Assembly: GCA_035221665.1 (NCBI GenBank)
Contig: CM069156.1
Span: 6,944,001 to 7,008,000, forward strand
Direction: 5' to 3'
Length of the DNA stretch: 64,000 bases
From: Okamejei kenojei
Taxonomy: Eukaryota
The notes beneath the pieces were generated by a model. That model searched no databases and was not told where the DNA came from. It saw only the letters and a program-made list of their open reading frames with translations. Shown here one piece after another: positions 1 to 64,000 of the stretch. The position numbers were made by a program, and so were the translations under genes. The stretch's first letter is position 1. Each line of letters starts with the position of its first letter.

Positions 1-1744
1 CTTCTGTCCCAATATATAATGTGCCCTGATAGCATATTTTGTTCGATAATTCTTCTGTGAGCTTGCCTTGGGAAGGAACAATCAAAGGTATGCGTACTTC
101 CCTTCTGTGAACATATTATCTGGGGCATGTGATGACATTGTCACTCGAATAACAAAAATAACCACTCCACTCAAGAACTTGGGTTCCCTTTTTTTTGTCT
201 CTACGAACACATTTGGTGACGAGCGGAGATAGACAAAATAATTGATTACGTAATAGGAATTTTGAGGACTGCTAGTTGTAATCATGTTCATTGGATACTT
301 TAGGTTCCTCTTTCGTAGTTATTTGCGTGCTTCCTTTTGGGGCTTCCCCAATAAATCATGAACCCATGTGTACTTAACCACTGCAGACAGATTTGGAGGG
401 AGTTATTCCTTGACGGTACACATATTTAAAGATAAATTCACAATTGACTATACTCGGGTTGGTGTAAAATACATTTGTAATGTCTGCCCTGAGGGCTGAT
501 AACAATGCGTGTGCTTGATATAAAAAAAGACTCCACTTAGAATAAGAAAAAGCATAAGGATTATATGAAGAATGGTGGTACGTGTGGTAAGTAATAGTTT
601 TACTTTGTTAATTCATGTGAATATGTTAACTGAAACTAATTTGTAATGTACCTTAAAAAATTGGAATAATCAGGACTCAAGTTGTGTAAGGCTTCCTAAG
701 GCACGTTGGCTACCTTGAAAGCACAGTGCAAATGTATATTCTGACATTATACAGTGATATTTTTAATTGGATTCTTCAATGATGCATGTGTGTAAGTGGT
801 TGCAGTATCACTTAAAAAGCTTCTATAATGAGGAATTGTTATCAACATGGCCCAGTTTGAGTTTTTACAATTTTAGCTTTATTTTGGTACTGTTGCTGCG
901 TGCAATAGCCTATTTCTGTGGGTATAACTGTACTTTTATCAAGCCACAGAGAGATCGTGTATGAAATATCTGGGATTATGGATTGAAGATTGATTTTTTT
1001 TTTCCTGCTATCTCATGTACATTTCATCCCATCACATCACTGAATGGAACTAGCCGAGAGACATCACAATGATGAGTGGTGCGGTTTAGTTAATGTAATG
1101 GTGCAACTGTTAAAATGTAAGATTATACAGAAGCAGAAGGCAAAATAGTTGGATACTTTGCAATGCCACTTAGTATTGACATACTTGATAAACTTACTAT
1201 GGAAAAGGCCACCTGGTTCATGGAGTCTATGCCAGCTTCCACCAGTTTATTTAATATGTCCCAGTACCATTCATCCTCATCTTATCCACCTGTAGCCATG
1301 CAACTTCTTTCACATGGCCACCAACTATCCCTTTTGATTCTTTTACCTCTCACCAACATAAATGGGCGACTTACAGTCACCAGTTTACTTATCAGCATAT
1401 CTATTGAATGTCAGTGGGAACCAAGGCACCCAAAGGAAGGTTTTAGTGTTGGTAAATACTTTGAATATGGCCAGAAGAATTAGCTGAACAACATATAAAA
1501 TATGCCATTTCTCCTTCAGGAATTTGAATAACATTGGGTTCATAAGTTTGGTAGCCGTTGAGATTGCTGAAAATTCCACCACTATTACCAAATTAATTGA
1601 ATACCAATCTTTTGGTGGTAAAACAATGGCAGAAATAGAATAGTGAGCTAGTACTTGGTCTGCACTTTATACATAATAGCTGACTAAGACTGGTCATCCA
1701 TCTGAGATAGATTAACTGAACACATTAATATAAATAAATCAAAT

Positions 1745-2823
1745 TTAAAAAAAATGTGATTCTTAAAGGTTGTGTTTAAAGTACTCCAATCATTCCTCAG
1801 CAAGGAACAATAAACGGATCCACCACCGTCTATAAAGCATGGAGAAAAATTCAGCAAATCATAATTTAATAACAAATTGCATATTGTTCTAAGTCAAATT
1901 GGACAAGAGAAAAATAAGTGGAAGAACTATTTTTGCACGTTGAGTAGCTTTGTTTTCTACCAGTGTGTTGTGATTTCCCTGGGGAAGCTGGGAAAATTGA
2001 ATGTTTCATGTGTTGTCAGAGATGAAGCGAAAAGTGAGTAGGGAGCACAAAGATGAAGATACACAGTGCAGAATATAGTTTTCTGCATTTTAGTGCATCA
2101 GTTCCATAGACAGTACTCAACAATATCAAATTCTGCTTCCTTGAATTTCCCCTACCACTTCCAAATATGCTTAATCTGAGTAAATATTAGGTGTAGTCCC
2201 CTCATGAAAAGCAATCCGGCAAAGACTATACCCCCCTTATCCTACTCCAGCTTTGTTACATTTGTTGTGTGTGTNNNNNNNNNNNNNNNNNNNNNNNNNN
2301 NNNNNNNNNNNNNNNNNNNNNNNNNNNNNNNNNNNNNNNNNNNNNNNNNNNNNNNNNNNNNNNNNNNNNNNNNNNNNNNNNNNNNNNNNNNNNNNNNNNN
2401 NNNNNNNNNNNNNNNNNNNNNNNNNNNNNNNNNNNNNNNNNNNNNNNNNNNNNNNNNNNNNNNNNNNNNNNNNNNNNNNNNNNNNNNNNNNNNNNNNNNN
2501 NNNNNNNNNNNNNNNNNNNNNNNNNNNNNNNNNNNNNNNNNNNNNNNNNNNNNNNNNNNNNNNNNNNNNNNNNNNNNNNNNNNNNNNNNNNNNNNNNNNN
2601 NNNNNNNNNNNNNNNNNNNNNNNNNNNNNNNNNCAAAAATAGTTTTCCACATTTTTCTCTTGTCCAATTTCACTTAAAACAATATGCAATAGGTTATTAA
2701 ATTATGATGTGCTGAAATATTCTCCATGCTTTATATAGACTGTGATGGATCAGTTTATTAATTCTTCCTGAGAAATGATTGGAGTACTTTAAACACTCCC
2801 TTGAAGAATTACATTTTTTTAAA
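1745..2823. repeat. Long imperfect inverted repeat: arms ~1745-1935 and 2634-~2823, straddling the N gap
   Basis: Reverse complement of 1745-1935 aligns along ~190 nt with 2634-2823, e.g. GTGTTTAAAGTACTCCAATCATT / AATGATTGGAGTACTTTAAACAC and AAATTGGACAAGAGAAAAAT / ATTTTTCTCTTGTCCAATTT. Confidence 0.9.
2275..2633. other. Assembly gap (359 N) preceded by a short (GT)n
   Basis: Run of N; ORFs spanning it are artefacts. Confidence 1.
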
Positions 2824-3907
2824 GATTGTTATATATTTATTATAGATGAATCAAGTAACATTCCGGTGTTTGCAGATATGTGGCGTAAAGGTAGTTAGTT
2901 AAGGAAAATTTGTGATCTGCTTTTGACCCAAATCAAAATGAATCTTCAACCTAGCATTCACCAGGAAGTTTACATCCACTTCCACAACATCATCTAATTT
3001 CAGTGAAAAACATCATCAACTTCTCTAAAGATCTGAATCTTTTCCAGAATCCCATCTTCTGCAACTACATCATGCACAATACTTGTCCGATACATTTTTG
3101 TTCTACTTTCTGGCCACATTAGCTGCCAATGTTTGTACATTTAAAATTGCCAATTTAAAAATTGAATTGCTAAAGATTTTGTCTTTTTTTGTGAAATGTA
3201 GTAATGTGATATTTAGGGTAATTAAAAAAGCAAAATAATCCCTTAAAGTGATCATTAAATATATTGTGGAAAAACTTGCAAAATATTTATATTTCAAAGT
3301 AGTTTATTTTGTCACCACAATGCTAATGAGAGAGTTCTTAAATGTTCTTAAAATTGGTGTGAAAGTTGGTGAACCTGATTATCTACAATGTTGAGATGGA
3401 TATCCCAGTGCATTTGTCAGAAAGCCAGCTTCTTTATATTCTAGACTAAGTTCCCTAACGTGGTAATGTTATAGTTCTAGAATTTACCAAGCAAGTCTAG
3501 GCAGGCGTTTTTCCATTTCATAGATGTATATGGTAAGCATATATCTGCTAGAATTCCAAAAGGTTGAGGTATTAAGTACAGGTGAATTGACGCTTATATA
3601 ATGCTGACTGGTCTATTTTTATTTCTAAATTTACTTTCAATTAGGAATCTTTCAAATTATAACACAATCTTGCTGGAAATTAGTTTTCTTTTGCCTGTAC
3701 CTCCATAAGTCTAAATTTTGTCAGCATACCCACACATGTTGCAGGAGTTTTGGAAACAATTTCCTGGCTAAGCATGGATATTTTCTTGTCATTCTGACAT
3801 TTTCAACAAATTATTTTGTTTAGAAGCCTGTGATATTAAATATTGATCAAATCAAATATTTAATATTCATTTTGATTCCTTTGTTCATCCTTGCAATCAT
3901 TTTGATC

Positions 3908-4263
3908 TTTGAGATATACAAAATCATGAGAGGAATAGCTCGGGTAGACTCGCAGTGTCTCTTGCCCACAGTAGTGGAGTCAAGAACCAGAAGACATAGG
4001 TTTAAGGTGAGGGGGAAAGATTTAATAGGAACCTGAGAGGTAACTTTTTCACACATAGGGTGATGGGTGTTTGGAATGAGCTGCTGGAGGAGGTAGTTGA
4101 GGGAGATACTGTCAGAATGTTTAAGAAACATTTAGACAGGTACAAAGATAGGACAGGTTTAGAGGGATATAGACCAAATGCAGGCAGGTGGGACTAGTGT
4201 AGAAGGAACATGGTGGCCAAGTTGGGCCGAAAAGCCTGTTTTCACATTGTAGGACTATGACTC
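3908..4263 (+). mobile_element. CR1-clade LINE 3' fragment
   Basis: YKIMRGIARVDSQ..SRTRRHRFKVRG C-terminal CR1 ORF2 peptide plus 3' UTR ending GGCCGAAAAGCCTGTTT...GACTATGACT. Confidence 0.85.
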
Positions 4264-5671
4264 AAATTTCCAATTGAGGCTGAGATTTTTGAAGAAAAGC
4301 TTTAAATTCACATAAAAGGAAATTAACATTCCAATTATTTAGCATATTAATTGTACCCATTGGTATGTACGAGGTCATGTTATGTATATTAAAAAATGTA
4401 CTTATTTCACCTTGCATGCTGTAGGGAGCCAGTCAATATTTGGAGATTACTCTAAGGCATTATATTCTTATTTGTCTACAGCAGGAGACTCCTGAATTTT
4501 TAAGGGAGTCTACTATTATTAAATTAAGCCCTATAAACCAATCGCTACTCAAATAACATGATTTTCAGTATTTTTTGGTTGTAATAATGACAAAGCTTTG
4601 TTATGATTTCAACCTGAAACGAAAATTAATCTTTGAGTTACACTTGGAGGTGATTTAACACCACATTATGAAGCTGCTGTCACTCTTCAGGTTTCCCTAT
4701 AATATGGATATTTCCACTGCAATCACTGAAATATATTGAATTTTAATGAGCCTACGCTTTTTTGTGAATTGGTCTTGATTCAAATTACCCTGAAAATGCC
4801 ATAAGATTTGCACAAGTGCCAAGTGAAATTATAAATAGCTCTAAGCTGTGATTAGAGATCTACAACATTCTCTGAGCCATAACAGTAATTTTATGTATAT
4901 GGATTATTTCCTCAAAAACATCAAAACTCAATGGGTTCTTCATCAAACTGCTGGTATTAACCCCCAGGGGTAAAAGGATTCCCAAGCTTTCTGATTTAAG
5001 CTTTGTCAACAATTTTCTGGCTACACTTTGCTATTGTACTCACTGTGGGCTCCTGCCTACTGAAGCTGTGCCATATTTGAACTTCAACCACAAATCCACT
5101 CAGTGGGGTGAAAAGAATCCTGGCATTCATCCTCTTGGATTGAGTTTATGAACTGCTTGCAATTGAATAAGGAAATGGGTGATTAATTTCTAAGACATTT
5201 CACTTCCACATCCTATTTCTGTACTTAAATGTGGTCCTTATTTTTTTATTTCAAATATCAATTAGTATTGTTGAGGTCACTGTACTGAAAGGACTTTTGT
5301 GGTGATGAGCACTTTATTTTTAGAATACTGAATGGTTTCTTAAAAATGATTGCTTTATTAAGACTACACTATTAGTTATCTCTCATCTAATTTTTCTGAG
5401 TAGAATTCAATACATACTTTCTTTAAATGTTTAGTTATTACATATTTTTATGTGTTGCCAAAGCAGATTACTGTAGTATAGAGATTATAAACTATGTCTA
5501 ATAATTTACATAATATTTTAAATCATTTTTAAAATGCGCTTCTTCAAACTTAGTTGTTATCGACGTAATGCTGAAATATTAATATTTCATAAAACATCTC
5601 ATTTGAAACTGAAATACAGCAGACCACATTTCTCAACCTGAGTAACCATTCTGCTATTTGTGTTCACCATA

Positions 5672-6342
5672 ATGATGCCTGGATTAGGGGGAATTAGCTA
5701 CAGGGAGAGGTTGAACAGACTCATATTGTTTTCTCTGGAACGCTGGTCTGATAGTTGTATGTAAACTTGAGACCTAGGATAGACAGTCAGAACCTTTTTC
5801 CAAGAATGGGTAGCACAAAGCAGTACAGTTGCTGCCTTGCAGCGTCAGAGACTCCGGTTCAATCCTGACTACGGGTGGTGTATGCACGGAGTTTGTACAT
5901 TCTCCCTGTGATTGTGTGAGTTTCTTCCGGGTGCTCCGGTTTCCTCCCACATTCCAAAGACACGGAGGTTTGTAGGTTAATTGACTTCTGTAAATTGCCC
6001 TGAGCGTGTAAGATGCGAAACTGGGATAAAATAGAACTAGTGTACAGGTGATCGTTGATCAGCGTGAACTAGGAGGGCTGAAGGGACTGTTTCCATGTTG
6101 TATCTCTAAAACTAAAACTAAATACTAGAGGGCATAGGTTGAAGGTGAGAGAAGCAAAGTTTAAAGGTGATATGCGAGGTAACTTGTTTTTCAGAGGATG
6201 GTGAGTGGGACGCGCTGCCAAGGATTGTGACTTTTGAGTCACTAAAGATCTGTAGCGGATGAAGTAGTAAATAAGAGGGTTTGGCATCATGTTTCTCACA
6301 GACACTGTGAGCTGCAGGGTCTTGTGCTGTACAGTTCTATGT
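5672..6342 (+). mobile_element. Decayed CR1 3' fragment interrupted by a SINE
   Basis: ATGCCTGGATTAG..AGCTACAGGGAGAGGTTG before the SINE, ACTAGAGGGCATAGGTTGAAGGTGAGA after it. Confidence 0.7.
5809..6121 (+). mobile_element. tRNA-derived SINE (HE1-like elasmobranch SINE) with CR1-derived tail
   Basis: B-box-like CCGGTTCAATCCTG, core GGAGTTTGTACATTCTCCCTGTG..TCCGGTTTCCTCCCACATTCCAAAGAC, tail GGGCTGAAGGGACTGTTTCC..(AAAACT)n. Confidence 0.8.
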
Positions 6343-6501
6343 AAGCTGAATTCTGATCCATTAAAGATACATCAGTGATAGTTCTAGATACCTGTGACTT
6401 TAATTGTGCTCAAAGCCCGCATTTCAGTCTTGTAAATCTTTTGGTCATGATGTACAGATTTTGCCCAAAAATTCTAGTTTGTCATTTTGGTTTTATTTTA
6501 G

Positions 6502-64000
<57,499 letters not shown>

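Noticed and set aside
1163-1591. ORFs of 106 aa (+) and 68 aa (-) as a possible nested gene or USP32 exon 4
   Set aside because: No recognisable domain and no match to the expected exon-4 peptide (IFSLF..EEMERML..KCFSE). Exon 4 is probably upstream of the window.
2204-2700. Six 'ORFs' of 126-157 aa
   Set aside because: They only span the N gap (poly-X).
5809-5880. tRNA gene
   Set aside because: Only a degenerate B-box in a SINE head; no cloverleaf.

Overview
Eukaryotic, AT-rich vertebrate genomic DNA, most likely a cartilaginous fish (skate/ray-like). That call is inferred from the repeat repertoire: HE1-like tRNA SINEs, CR1 tails, Neptune-type Penelope elements, Rex1/Babar and Tc1. The whole window lies inside one + strand gene, USP32 (ubiquitin-specific peptidase 32). 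I traced 28 coding exons from 6502 to the window end, equivalent to human exons ~5-32. All have GT-AG borders and mutually consistent phases, giving about 1290 uninterrupted codons: EF-hand region, DUSP, UBL-like segment, and USP catalytic domain with the Cys box. The His box lies beyond the window and exons 1-4 lie before it. The introns hold many transposon relics: a young, 5'-truncated Penelope element with a 14-bp TSD and a hammerhead-ribozyme core, many short hammerhead-bearing or fold-back Penelope termini, two Tc1 copies, a hAT-like element with an 8-bp TSD, a Harbinger-like MITE, and CR1/Rex1/L1 fragments and SINEs. Points worth following up: a long diverged inverted repeat flanking the assembly gap, a phase-compatible candidate internal first exon, an in-frame alternative donor extension, a CR1-junction minisatellite and several perfect short palindromes. 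No prokaryotic features are present. Exon numbers follow my recollection of the human gene, and repeat-family names come from motif recognition, not database searches.
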